64,000 nucleotides of DNA from Octopus sinensis (taxonomy: Eukaryota): contig NC_043005.1 of assembly GCF_006345805.1 (NCBI RefSeq), positions 85,622,001-85,686,000 on the forward strand. Reading direction: 5' to 3'. Each line of letters begins with the position of its first letter. Position 1 is the stretch's first letter. Made by a program: the position numbers and the translations under genes. The notes under the pieces were generated by a model. It made no database searches. It worked only from the letters and a program-made list of their open reading frames with translations, and had not been told where the DNA came from. Of this stretch, positions 1-11,749 are shown one piece after another.

Positions 1-712
1 TACAACGAAAGACTAGGGAGAAAAAAAATCCACGAAACTGTATGTAACATACACAACAGCAGTGACAATAACGAAAGAAACATTAACAATAATAAGCATA
101 GAAATACGAAGTGATATGATTATTATCTGGCTTATTGATGTCACAGTTCTACACTACCATACACAACAACGGCATAAAAAACACTTTTATGGAGCTAAAT
201 GAGAATTTCATCACGTACACCGTTAATGTCAATAATTGGGGGAAACATTTTTATTACAACACAAGGTATTTCATATCCCGATAAGGCTGAACGTATCGAG
301 AAGAAAGAAGGGATTATAACATGCGTAATAATAGCATGTATCCAGAAATAAGATACGAAAAAACAGTATAAGTATTACATAATAGAGGGAATTAGATAAG
401 CTAGATATACGGGAGATGGAAATAAAATAGGAGAAAGGGGAAGGATGTACCATAACATAGCAAAAAACATACACACTCCCTCAAAAACGTATGCGCACTG
501 ACACGTACATGCATACATACATACATACATACACGCATTTATATATGTACGTGTGTGTTGTGTGTGTGTGTGTGTGTGTGTGTGAGTGTGTATTTATGAA
601 CAAATATATTTAGGTAGATAGGTAAATAGATAAATAGATGAATGAATATAAGCAACCATGCGCTGTGTTACCATAAAGGAAAATATAATTGTCACTAAAT
701 GCATTTAGTGAC

Positions 713-743
<31 letters not shown>

Positions 744-769
744 ATGTATGTGTGTATCTGTCTGTCTAT

Positions 770-784
770 CTCTCTATCTACTTA

Positions 785-856
<72 letters not shown>

Positions 857-960
857 CGTACGTACCTACCTACCTACCAACCTACCTACCTAACCACCTA
901 TTTATCTACCTACTGTCTGTCTGTCAGACTAATTGACTGTCTGTCTGTCTATCTATAAAC
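770..960. repeat. compound (TC)n/(TATC)n/(TACC)n microsatellite
   Basis: Direct tandem tetranucleotide repeats; these explain the YLSI-type ORFs. Confidence 0.95.
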
Positions 961-1575
961 ATCTAAGAATCCATGCCACGAAAAATATGCACTCGTATAA
1001 ATGTCAATGGAGTGAATATATTAATCAAAGTATATAGTATTACAGATCCACTACCGCTGATCTTATCATTCGGTTTCGCACCGGATATTAGGTAATCGGA
1101 TGATTATCTAATAACCACGCTCCTCGGAGATGGCAAAGACACAGAGATACAGAAGAGAGTGGAACCGAAAAAAGAAAGTGCTTAGTTGTCTTTTGACTGT
1201 TTTCTTTGACATATAAAGCCACTACAGTTGCAAATATTCTCATCTATTAACCAATTAAAAATTCTTTTTTAATCCTCTTTAACTTAGATGTGTCCATTTC
1301 AAGATATATAAGAAACTTTAAATGGTGTGGAGCTTGGTAAAGCACTCAATTATTGCAACTTCAATTGAATGTGTTTAGTGATACTTCCGATTGTTCACCT
1401 ACTCGTTTGTGTGTGTGCGTGTGTGTGTGTGTTGTGTGTGTGTATGTATGTGTGTGCATATGTGTGTATATGTGTGCGTATGCGTGTGCGTGTGTGTGAG
1501 TATACGGATATATATATATTATATAATATATATTATATCTATAATATATATATATTATATATATATATATATATC

Positions 1576-2141
1576 ATCATTCATCATTGTTTCGACCCGT
1601 GGTCGAGACAATGGAATTTACCATGTTGCGCCAGACTTCACGGTCCATCATAGCATTAACGGAGGTCCTGTTGCTGGATGCCTGTATCCCTGGAGATTAC
1701 ATCAGGGTAGGAGAATGTGCGCCCTCTGGTGTTGCGAGTAGATGGCTTCCAGAGGAGAAGAGTAGAAATTACTACTTCTTTTTCAGCTCTACAACAGTGT
1801 CCAGCAAACTGGACTCTCCTACCTTTCACAAGAGATGACACAGGTGGTAATTTCCCATATATTTGCATTTTTAGTGGATGGCCGCCTCCACGAGAGATTT
1901 TGAGCTCTCATAAGGAGGCGAGTGTAGGTTCCATCCAACCGCCTCTCAAGTTTCTTTGATAACGTCCAGGTTTCTGAGCCATATAGTAGGATTGGTTCGA
2001 CTGTGGCTTTGAATATTTCAAGTTTGAAGTCTCTACTTAGATTTGATGACCAGATCTTATGCATGTCATTACAGGCTGACCAGGCCATACCCTTTCTAGT
2101 TAGAAAGTCTTTTCCAGATGATGATATGTATGACCCAAGAT
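1576..2141 (-). mobile_element. 5'-truncated RTE-clade LINE (RT C-terminus plus 3' tail), frameshifted
   Basis: Minus-strand translation gives YLGSYISS...KATVEPILLYGSETWTLSKKLERRLDGTYTRLLMRAQNLSW, then in another frame RRVQFAGHCCRAEKEVVISTLLLWKP...RGRTFSYPDVISRDTG, typical of the RTE C-terminus. The 3' end has a TCGACC-acg-GGTCGA hairpin and an (ATGA/TGA) tail. Confidence 0.85.
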
Positions 2142-2199
2142 AAGTCATACATATCTTGGGTCATACATATATATATATAAAATGTATGTCCATGTGTAC

Positions 2200-2460
2200 T
2201 TCGTAAACACCAGTCGTTTTTTTTTCTCCATCTCCTGTTGCCCGCTTTGGGATCTTTCTTTCCTCTCTCTTCCTTCTTTATGTTTCCGACGAAGAGCTCC
2301 GCTCGAAACGTCATACCTTCCTGCTTCCATATTTCCTGAGCGCCTATTAATAATAATACTGTAATTGTTCCACTGTTGTTGTTTTTTTTGTTTTCCCGTT
2401 TGGATTAAAATATATATATTTTTGACTATTTATTAAAATTTTATGTATTGATTAAGTCTT
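2200..2460 (+). mobile_element. Penelope-like element terminal-repeat (pLTR-like) fragment
   Basis: Pyrimidine-rich segment with a hammerhead-like core at 2286-2312. Related copies at ~33700-33900 (-), ~40945-41030 (-), ~41560-41650 (+) and ~61500-61580 (+). PLE assignment is inferred from the known PLE-hammerhead association. Confidence 0.5.
2282..2316 (+). ncRNA. minimal type I hammerhead-like motif (CCGACGA variant core)
   Basis: CCGACGA-A-GAGC(tcc)GCTC-GAAA-CGTC: perfect 4-bp stem II, palindromic ACGT stem III, GUC triplet. Confidence 0.55.
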
Positions 2461-2828
2461 TCCTTGTTTGTTTTGCAATAGTGGTTTTGTCTCTAATAAT
2501 ATTTTATATATATATATATATATAAATATATATTATATATATATCTATATATACATATATATATATATATATACATACATTTTTATATATATATTATATA
2601 TATATAAAGTGTATTAATATATATATATATATTATATATATTATATATATAGAGTAGAGAGAGAGATAGAGAGAGATAGAGAGAAGAGAAACAGCTGTTT
2701 TAAATCTCCGAGTGAGAGAAATACTGTACCAATGCCCAATGCCAAACAGTAATGGCTAGTGACAAAATCTTTCTCCACTATGTGAGTGTGTGTGTGTGTG
2801 TGTGAGTGTCTGCCTCTGTGTGTGTGTA

Positions 2829-3724
2829 TGTGAGGTATGATCAATAAGTCTCCGGACTGATGACATAGTAAGGAAGATAAAGGAAGCAGAGAGAAGCTGC
2901 CGGACATAGATTGATATTGAACTCTGCTGTGCATGTACACTAAGTTTTAATGTTCTAGCTGACTTCTGCTGTTTACAGCAGTACTTGGAAGGAAGGTGTG
3001 TAGAGTGTTATCATCGCATTGATCATGACAAAGTTGCCATGGAGATACCTGCTAAGAGGCCTACGCAAAGTTGCAGAAAGTGTATGGAGAGAAGTGTATG
3101 ATGCCGCACACAAGTATAGTTGTGGTTAAGACGTTTCCAAGATGGCCGAAAACATGTCGATATTGACGAACGTTTTGGGAGACTTGCAACCAGCAGCGCT
3201 GAGATAAACATTACAGTTGTGCATGCAGCTGTGAGGGGAAATCCTTGAATCACCATCTGTGAGTTATCAGAGGATGTACAGTTTAGTTAGGTTCTGTTCA
3301 GTCCATTTTCATTGAAGATTTGTGTATGCGACGCGTGTGTGCCACGTGTGTGCCAAAACTGCTATCAGCTGACCAAAATGACACTCGGGTTTCAGTTGCA
3401 CAAGATCTCCTTGATTATCTCTAGAAAGATGAATACTTTTTAAAATCTTTGTGTAGGACTCTGAGCATGTATCGCCAAACTTTTGGCAAAATTTGTTGCA
3501 GATTCTCTGCTCAACTTTCTCTATCATGGTCAATGCGACGATTACACGCTGCACACCTTCCTTCCAAATACTGCTGTAAACAGCAGAAGTGAGCTACAAC
3601 GGTAAAACTTAGAGTACATGCACAGCGAATTTTAAGGTCAGTCTGTACCAAGCAGCTTCACTCTACGTGATTTAGCTTCGTTACTATGGCAACAGTCCGG
3701 GCATTTATTGATCAGAAAACGCAT
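2829..3724. mobile_element. non-autonomous mariner derivative built from two inverted 5' ends
   Basis: Terminal inverted repeats tgatcaataa..ccggactg..g.catagtaa.gaag.taaa at ~2838 and, reverse-complemented, at ~3713. The + strand at ~3050-3305 gives a decayed mariner N-terminal HTH (YAKLQKVYGE...KRFQDGRKHVDIDERFGR). The - strand at 3430-3555 gives MIEKVEQRICNKFCQKFGDTCSESYTK. Confidence 0.8.
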
Positions 3725-3758
3725 GTATATATATATATACATAGACACACACATATAA

Positions 3759-3797
<39 letters not shown>

Positions 3798-5105
3798 ATA
3801 CACACATATGTGAATACACACTCACATTAATATGTGTGCATGTAGTGGGGTTGTTTAGTATATATTTGTATATGTCTATGTGTGCGTTTATTTCACTTTC
3901 GCAAGGAAATGGTTGACAGAGAGTTCAAAGTTTCGGCTTGCGTGCTTCTGTCAGACTGTCGAGCAAGCCGAAACTTCGAATTCGCTCTCAATGTTTCCCT
4001 TGTAAAAGTTTTGAATCTTTGAAGGTGCCGTATGGTCTTTACGCATTTGGAGATATATACGGTGGCATACAAGTATGAATAATGTATTTTGTTTTTCTCT
4101 GTATTTACGTAATATAGACATGCCGTGCCACAACTGACGTGGGACCTACAATTACAACATAGAGATATACTGCATCATTATAACGAGGTGACTTGTGTGT
4201 GTTCTACCCTCCTATTTGCAACAGTGAGTACATCATACTTAATATCTCCTTATATAGTGGAATAGTAAAGGCTCATTTAAAGATAGAGTTGTAGTCATAC
4301 GATCGTGAATGCATTGACTTCGACAAATGTTCAGAGTATTACTGGAGATATGCAAATACATAAAAACAACATCAATATCAGCAGAACCAGAAGTAGAGAA
4401 GCAGTTATTACATGCAACAGTAAAAACAACATAAATTGTATATTTATCAACAACAGATAAAAATGATAGAACAACATCAATAAAAAAAAACCCAGCAACA
4501 ATAACATTTCTAGCAAAGAAAAATATATCAGCAAAAATAAAAATACCAGAAGATAAAAATTGACAGCATATCAGCAACAGAAGTAAATTTAGTATAGCAC
4601 TAACGACAACGACAACAACAACGATGACGCTGACGACGGCAATGACAGCGAAATGTAAAAAGGAAAGCAAGCAAAAGACTGATGAGGATTGGTAAAAAGC
4701 CAGTAATTATGTCAAGAAAGAAAGAAAGAAAGAAAAGAAGAAAGGTAAAAGGAAAACAAAAACATTTTTATAAACAAATATATAAATATACAGAATGAAA
4801 TAAAACGAAGAAAACATTAAAAGAAATAAAAGCAAGAGGCAAAAAAAAAAAGAAAAATAGAGTGAGAAGAAATAAAGGAAAAAAATGTACGAAATATAAA
4901 TAAGAGAACAGTTAAAAAAAGTCAATGAAAAATTTCACTAAAAAGTGTAAAGGAAAGAAAAATGAACAAAATCTGAATTAAATGTTAAAAACATACACGT
5001 GCGAAAATAACAGCAGTAATTTAAACAAATATAAGCGACAAGAAATAGTAACGACACGCACACATTATCTATTTGTGCGTGTGGTGTATGTGTGTATTAT
5101 GGTTT

Positions 5106-5137
<32 letters not shown>

Positions 5138-5513
5138 CTCACACATATATATATATTGCTAAAATTACTCAACACCAAACAATTTCAGCATGAAAATACA
5201 TAACAATGAATATATCTGGACACACCACTGGAAAGCAAGATGCCTGTGACACTGATGTAATACCTGACTGCTTAATATAATATAATATAATATAATATAA
5301 TATAACATTGTGTGTGTGTGTTTGTACATACATACATACATACATACATACATACATGTTCGTCTTGAGGCTGATAGAGGTTCCTTGTCTTTCTTGATGA
5401 GAAGACGGCATAATGCACCCTTTATTCCTTCGGAATTAAGAGTATGCAGTCTTCGAAACATGTGTTGAGAGTAAAGGAATTATGTTAAAATCTTCGATCG
5501 ACTTCATTCTTTC

Positions 5514-5553
<40 letters not shown>

Positions 5554-5740
5554 GTTAGCAAACTAAAACTTCGAAGTCACTATCACCCTTCTCGTAAAAG
5601 TGGGAGAAACATTTATTCTACTAAAAATGCATTGAATAAGTTGTCAGTTAAACGTTAAATTGTTTTTATTTATGAATTGATATAAAATAAACACACACAC
5701 ACACACACATACACACGCAAACTCACAGCACGCACACACG

Positions 5741-5792
<52 letters not shown>

Positions 5793-6616
5793 CATACGTA
5801 CATATGTATGTATGTATGAATGCATGTATGTATGTAGGTATGTATATATATATATATATATATGTGTGCGTGTGTGTGTGTTTCGTATATATTTTTGGGA
5901 AGTTAAATCTATGTTAGCGAGCAGCTATTGCCAGATTCCTTACGCGTGAACCCCACGAGGTTTGTCAGAGCGCCATATTGGAATAAAATGCAAAATTCAC
6001 AGCGAACAGTGTGAACGGAAGGCAACATATAATTTCATTTGGTCGACCGTAACCAAACGCTGGCAAACAGTTTCTCCCAGTGAAAATCGTGTAAGTCGTT
6101 CGGCCATCATGCTTGAGTAAAATTTGAAAGAGGAAGGCAACGAAATCCTGTTTCTCTTTGTTTATTGTCACGAATATTATAAATATTACAGGCTCGGAAA
6201 AGGCTCTGTAGTTGAGAAGTTTCCCTTCCAAACATGTAGTCTCAGGATCAATCTCAATTTAGGCAAGTGTCTTCTACTAATATTTCCGAGGTGAATAAAG
6301 TCTTGCGAGCGAATTTTCTAGATGCAAACTGAAAGATGCCTTTCCGTGTGTGTGTGCGTATATATATATTTGTAGTCGAAACAAGGGCAGCTGAAGAAGG
6401 GGAATATTTCTTGCATTGTTTGTCTTGTACTCTGTTTTTCGTTGTTAAAAAAGTCCGTTTCCTTGTTTGATTTAATGCTTTCGTTTCTCGTTGTGTTCTA
6501 CGTTTATTTGTGGTGTCCTGTACTCATATATGCATGTATATATACATATAGATGTAGGTACGTACATATATGTATGTATGCATATGTTTTCTTTATTAAA
6601 TTGTTATTATATATAA

Positions 6617-6658
<42 letters not shown>

Positions 6659-6689
6659 GTTTTTGGTGTGGTGTGTGTGTGTGTGTGTA

Positions 6690-6918
6690 GGCGGCTAGCT
6701 GGCAGAAACGTTAGCACGCCGGGCGAAATGCTTAGCGGTATTTCGTCTGTTGTTACGTTCTGAGTTCAAATTCCGCCGAGGTCGACTTTGCCTTTCATCC
6801 GTTCGGGGTCGATAAATAAAGTACCAGTTTCGCACTGGGGTCGATGTAATCGGCTTAAACCCTTTGTCTGTCCTTGTTTGTCTCCTCTATGTCTGGCCCC
6901 TTGTGGGCAATAAAGAAC
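6690..6918 (+). mobile_element. tRNA-derived SINE family A, young-tail monomer
   Basis: A-box-like TGGCAGAAACGTTAG, B box GAGTTCAAATTCC, central GTCGACTTTGCCTTTCATCC..GGGGTCGAT..AAGTACCAG segment, tail ..CCCCTTGTGGGCAATAAAGAA. Confidence 0.9.
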
Positions 6919-7811
6919 TATATATATGTATATACATCAGTGCATATATATGATTATGTGTGTCATTGCGTTTGTGGCTGTCCTTCTAGCACATATTGGC
7001 AGCCTGTGTTAGTTTGTTTTCGTCGCTGTAACTTGGCGCTTCGGCAAAAGGAAAAGTTCGAATAATTACCAGTCTTTAAAAAATGAGATTTAAGTCCTAG
7101 GGTATATCCTGGGGCACCGTTGAACATTGTGCTCCAGCATGGCCGTAGTTCAATGATTAACACACACGTTAAAAGTAAGAGATTAAAGATGAAATCTGGA
7201 GCTTTGTATACTTATGAGACGGGCAAATTCATATGGAGGGATCAAGTATGAAAAGGAACTAACCATCAGACAAAATATTGGATGCCGAAACAAATTTAAC
7301 GCAAATTTTAAACCAACAATTTTATCATAAAAACCATTGTTTAAAAGATAAAGGTGAAATGGGACCGGAAGTTGTGACCTGTTGTTATCGTTAGTTCTTT
7401 TGCGTACTTTGGGTTTTGAAGAAATAACACGCTACCAAGAATACATTGTTTACTTTAATCTTAGGTAAACTATGCATGTAAAGACGCGTAGACGAGTGGT
7501 TAGGGTGCTGTAGTCACGATTGCAAGACCGTGCTTTCGATTACACGATTGCGCGTTGTGCTCTTGAGAAAAATCCTTCATTTTACATGGCTACAGTCCAC
7601 TCAGCCGTAAACAGGTAACTGCATTGAACTGGGCTTCTGTTGACAGGAAATATAGTGACCTCGGTCATTTATAAGCCATAGAAACCTGGTAACCAACGCT
7701 ATGGATGCTCTAACTCTAGATATTAATGGCCAGGTGGCTTATATTACATCCGGTCTCACCAAAGACGAAATCAGAAATTTGACCATAATCTTACTTTTGA
7801 TCATAAATAAA

Positions 7812-8640
7812 CGCAGGTGGCGGGGTTGTATGGTAAGAAGTTTGCTTCGTAACCACATGTTTCCGGGTTCAATGCCACTGTGTGGAACTTTGGGCAAATG
7901 TCTTCTATTATAACCTCGGACTGACTAAAGTCTTGTGAGTTGATTTGGTATACGGAAACTGAAACAAGCCCATCATGTAGATATAAATGTATGTTTTTGT
8001 GTTTGTGTTTGTCCCCAATAACCGCTTGACAGCTGCTGATGGTTTGTTTACGTCTCCGTGCCAATAGTGGCTCAACAAAAGAGACTGAAAGAATATGTAC
8101 CAGGTTTAAGGCGACGAGCTGGCAGAATCGTTAGCACGGCGGGGGAAATGGTTAGCGGTATTTTGTCTGCCGCTACGTTCTGAGTTCAAATTCCGCCGAG
8201 GTCGACTTTGTCTTTCATCCTTTCGGGGTCGATTAAATAAGTACCAGTTACGCACTGGGGTCGATATAATCGACTTAATCCGTTTATCTGTCCTTGTTTG
8301 TCCTCTCTGTGTTTAGCCCCTTGTGGGCTGTAAAGAAATAAGAATCGTTAGCACGCCGGGCGAAATGCTTAGCGGTATTTCGTCTGCCGTTACGTTCTGA
8401 CTTCAAATTCCGCCGAGGTCGACTTTGCCTTTCATCTTTTCGGGGTCTATAAATTAAGTACCAGTTGCATAGTAGGGTCGACCTAATCGACTGGCTCCTC
8501 CCTTCCCCCCCCCAAAAAAAAAATTTCGGGTCTTGTGCCTAGAGTAGAAAAGAAAAAATATGTACCAGGTTTAACAGAAAAAGTAAATCCTGGACTTGAT
8601 TCATTCGACTAAGGTAGTGCCCCAGCTTGGCCGTAACGAT
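7812..8640 (+). mobile_element. CORE-like SINE family B, interrupted by a SINE A dimer
   Basis: Head GTTCAATGCCACTG..TTGGGCAAATGTCTTCT; its 3' part resumes after 8575. Confidence 0.75.
8110..8556 (+). mobile_element. SINE A dimer (young unit plus old unit) with 18-bp TSD
   Basis: AATATGTACCAGGTTTAA at 8092-8109 and 8557-8574; internal junction TAAAGAAATA|AGAATCGTTAG at 8340/8341. Confidence 0.9.
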
Positions 8641-9896
8641 AAAAAGAAGTGTTCCGACCACTGTTTACCTGAGGCTGTATCTACAAAATACAAGACATAC
8701 AAACAACTCGATGTTCATGGCCGAAATTCCTTTGACCATGGCTCTCAAGTTGGTCAGAGTTATGAGGTCTAAAACAACAAAAGAAATTATTTTTGCGCTA
8801 AAACGTTTAGTTCGAATGATCTAGAACACAACAACAAGATGTGTGTATAGGTTTCGAAACTGGCAAGAGGATCGATTTTCAAAATTCTACAGAGTATCAT
8901 GAATAAATCAGTAAAAGCATTTATGTGTCTAACCAATAGTAAATTCTTCGACAGTTGGCTAATTCTAAACAGATTGTTTGCAATAAGATTTCACAGTCGT
9001 CTCAGCAGTGTCTTTCCGCTTTTGAAATTTAAAAGACGAAAATAAAAAAAATGAAAGAAATAAAAGAATGAAAAATAAATAAAACAAAAATAAAGATGAA
9101 AAATTAAAATATAAAATAATATGAAATAAAATAAAAAATAAAACTAAATCCCAAAGAAAATAGGTCTGGAAAATAAAATTCACAAATACCTTCAAATCAG
9201 TGAATGTCAAAATGAAAGTAAAATAATAAAAAAAAAACTACAAAAACAAAACTGAAAAACACAATAGGAAAGATGATACACTTAGAATCAGCTTTGCTAT
9301 TAGCATATCAATGATTGTAACCGGTTTCTACTGCTAAAGTTGTCTTTTAAATCATTCTTTATTTGATTGGTATGAGGAGATATTTGGAGAGCCAGTGTAA
9401 TTGTCTGAGTAGTGACAACAACAACAAAGAAAGGAAAAATGAAGAAAAACACTACTAAGATGTATTCAGAATCTAAGCTAAGCCAATATGTTCAGATAGA
9501 TCTATGAAAACAAACAACCTGAAGCTGAAAATAAAGTGAGGTGAGATTTAGTTACCATTTGCCGTCGCATCTAAAATGTCCAAATTGCATTCTTAACAGG
9601 ATAATATGGCTAGAATCGGAAAAAAGAACAGAACAGATCAGAAAGATAACAACTTCTAAACGTCAAAGTCGAAGAAATATAAATAAGATAAACCATATGA
9701 AGTTAGGTCGCTGATTTGTAGTCTCAGAAATTTGTCTCGGTCGATTTAATAGTATTAAAGCCAGCCGTTTGATTTAGCCGTCACAGAAGCCTGTATCCTT
9801 TAGTACACTGCTCTCTGAGTTCAAATTCTATCGGGGTCAACTTCATTTGTGTTTTTTTTCCGTCTTTCAGGTGCCAATAAGTGAAGTACTAAGGCT

Positions 9897-10322
9897 GGCG
9901 AGCTGGCAGAATCCTTAGCACGCCGGGCGAAATGCTGAGAGGTATTCTGTCAGCCATTACGTTCTAAGTTCAAATTCCGCCGAGGTCGACTTTGCCTTTC
10001 ATCCTTTCGGGGTCGATTAAATAAGTACCAGTTAAGCACTGGGGTCGATGTAATCGACTTAATCCGTTTGTCTGTCCTTGTTTGTCCTCTCTATGTTTAG
10101 CCCCTTGTGAGCAATAAAGAAATAAGAATCGTTAGCATGACGGGTGAAATGCTTAGCGGCATTTCGTCCATCTTTATGTTCTAAATTCGAATTCTGCCGA
10201 GGTGAACTTTGCTTCTCATCCTTTCGGGGTCGATAAAATAAGTACCAGTTGAACACTGAGGTCGATGTGATCGACTAACTTCCTCTTCCGCAATTGCCGG
10301 CCTTGCGTCAAAATTTGAAACC
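9897..10322 (+). mobile_element. SINE A dimer
   Basis: Young tail ends at 10124 and is followed by AGAATCGTTAGCATG and an old-type tail. Confidence 0.85.
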
Positions 10323-10414
10323 AATGAATGATGTACCAATGAAACACTGAGGCGATTAATTTCTTTCTTTGCGTTGCTCAGTTGTCAGTCTGTCAATCTG
10401 TCTGTCTGTCTCCC

Positions 10415-10650
10415 GGAATATCAGGACCTATCTAGAGAGCTGGAGAGACTATGGAAAACCATGACAACAATTATGCTTGTAGTAACTGGTGCACTTGGCA
10501 CAACACCCAAAATGCTACCTCAGAGATCGAAGATTATTGGCATTGATACTCGCATTGTCGAACTCCGGGAAAGTACAGTCCTCTATTCTGCAAAAATCTT
10601 AAGAAAGATACTTCAGATTTGGTTAGATTTGTACCAAGCTCCAGGGTAAC
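10415..10650 (+). mobile_element. R4/Dong-clade non-LTR retrotransposon, restriction-like endonuclease C-terminal fragment
   Basis: EYQDLSRELERLWK...VVTGALGT...LRESTVLYSAKILRKIL matches the conserved C-terminus of RLE-bearing R4-clade ORFs. Confidence 0.75.
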
Positions 10651-10899
10651 ATCCTAGCCAATTGAATTGGCATGTAATAACTTTGAACTTTGACAAAGGT
10701 TGTGAAGGACGAGCCACGGTGCTACTTTCTCCAGAAATGATTGGGTGGATTTTCTGTGTATTTTTGTAGTAATATTTGTCTGCTCCTCTTCCACCGTTTG
10801 ACGACCAGAGGTGGTTTGTTTACATACCCGTAACTTAGCAGTTTGGCAAAAGAAGCCGATAGAACATGTACTTGACTAAGAATAAGTTATAAAATCAGT

Positions 10900-11182
10900 G
10901 ACTAGTTGTCACTTTGAAAACTATATATTTTGAACGGGAATTTGGCAGCGCCAACTCTAGCCGAACAATTATTCTGTGCCGATGAAGGGAAATATTCCAG
11001 AAATCGCGATACACAAATATTGTTTTGTGCTGAGTGGGGGTGCTAGATTCCTTTGTTCGAAAATATAAGGTCACAGATTGTGTCATATAGCCAGATGGAG
11101 ACGATTTCTCCTGGGGCTAAATTACAGCAACATTCGTCCTAAACCAGGACTGCCATGTTATGTTGGCAAACAATCTTTACCA
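10900..11182. mobile_element. MITE-family fragment related to 28195-28393 and 41700-41930
   Basis: Shares CCTGGGGCTAAA..CAGCAACATTCGTCC...GGACTGCCA..TTATG.TGGCAAA..TCTTTAC with the other copies. Confidence 0.6.
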
Positions 11183-11304
11183 AAAATAAGTTGTATGGTC
11201 GATTTGATCGATTAAGCCTTTCGTGACGCTGCTCCAGCATGGCCACATTCGAATAACTGAAACAAATAAAACATATTCTATTAACTTTTATAAGAATGAC
11301 CGAC

Positions 11305-11345
11305 GCCTCTGATGAGAATCCAATAAGATTCGAAATCGATTAACA
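11305..11345 (+). ncRNA. hammerhead-like core (canonical CTGATGA)
   Basis: CTGATGA(11309)-GAATC-caataa-GATTC-GAAA-TCGATT; perfect 5-bp stem II and palindromic stem III, but stem I pairing is not evident. Confidence 0.5.
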
Positions 11346-11717
11346 TTGTTCATATCTTTTGTTTTTTAAGCAAACAAAACCAAAAAATATGTAATTTAAG
11401 ACGATGGACAAAGACGAAATAAATAGGAAACGAGCAAAATACAACCTTAAGGGACAAAAAGGGAAAGGATCGTGGGTACCACTTCAAAGAATTACTGAAG
11501 GATATATAAAACAGCAAATAGCAAGACAGAGAAATTTTTTGTGGTCGGATAACTGGGCAGCCGATGTGAAAAAGGAAGAGAATGAAAGGAAGATGGCCAT
11601 GGGTCAGGTGCCAGCAGCAGATAGATGAGAAAGGGAGAGAGAGCTCGACGGAAGGAAAATAAGTGAAGAAATGGAGGAGGAAAGGGAGAAGAAAGACTAC
11701 AAATACAGGTGAGGGGC

Positions 11718-11749
<32 letters not shown>

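Noticed and set aside
5977-6095. Plus-strand open segment ending at a GTAAGT donor (..CERKATYNFIWSTVTKRWQTVSPSENR)
   Set aside because: Weak acceptor, no recognisable family and no linkage to other exons.
8110-8200. SINE heads as functional tRNA genes
   Set aside because: A and B boxes are present but there is no complete cloverleaf, and they continue into SINE bodies.
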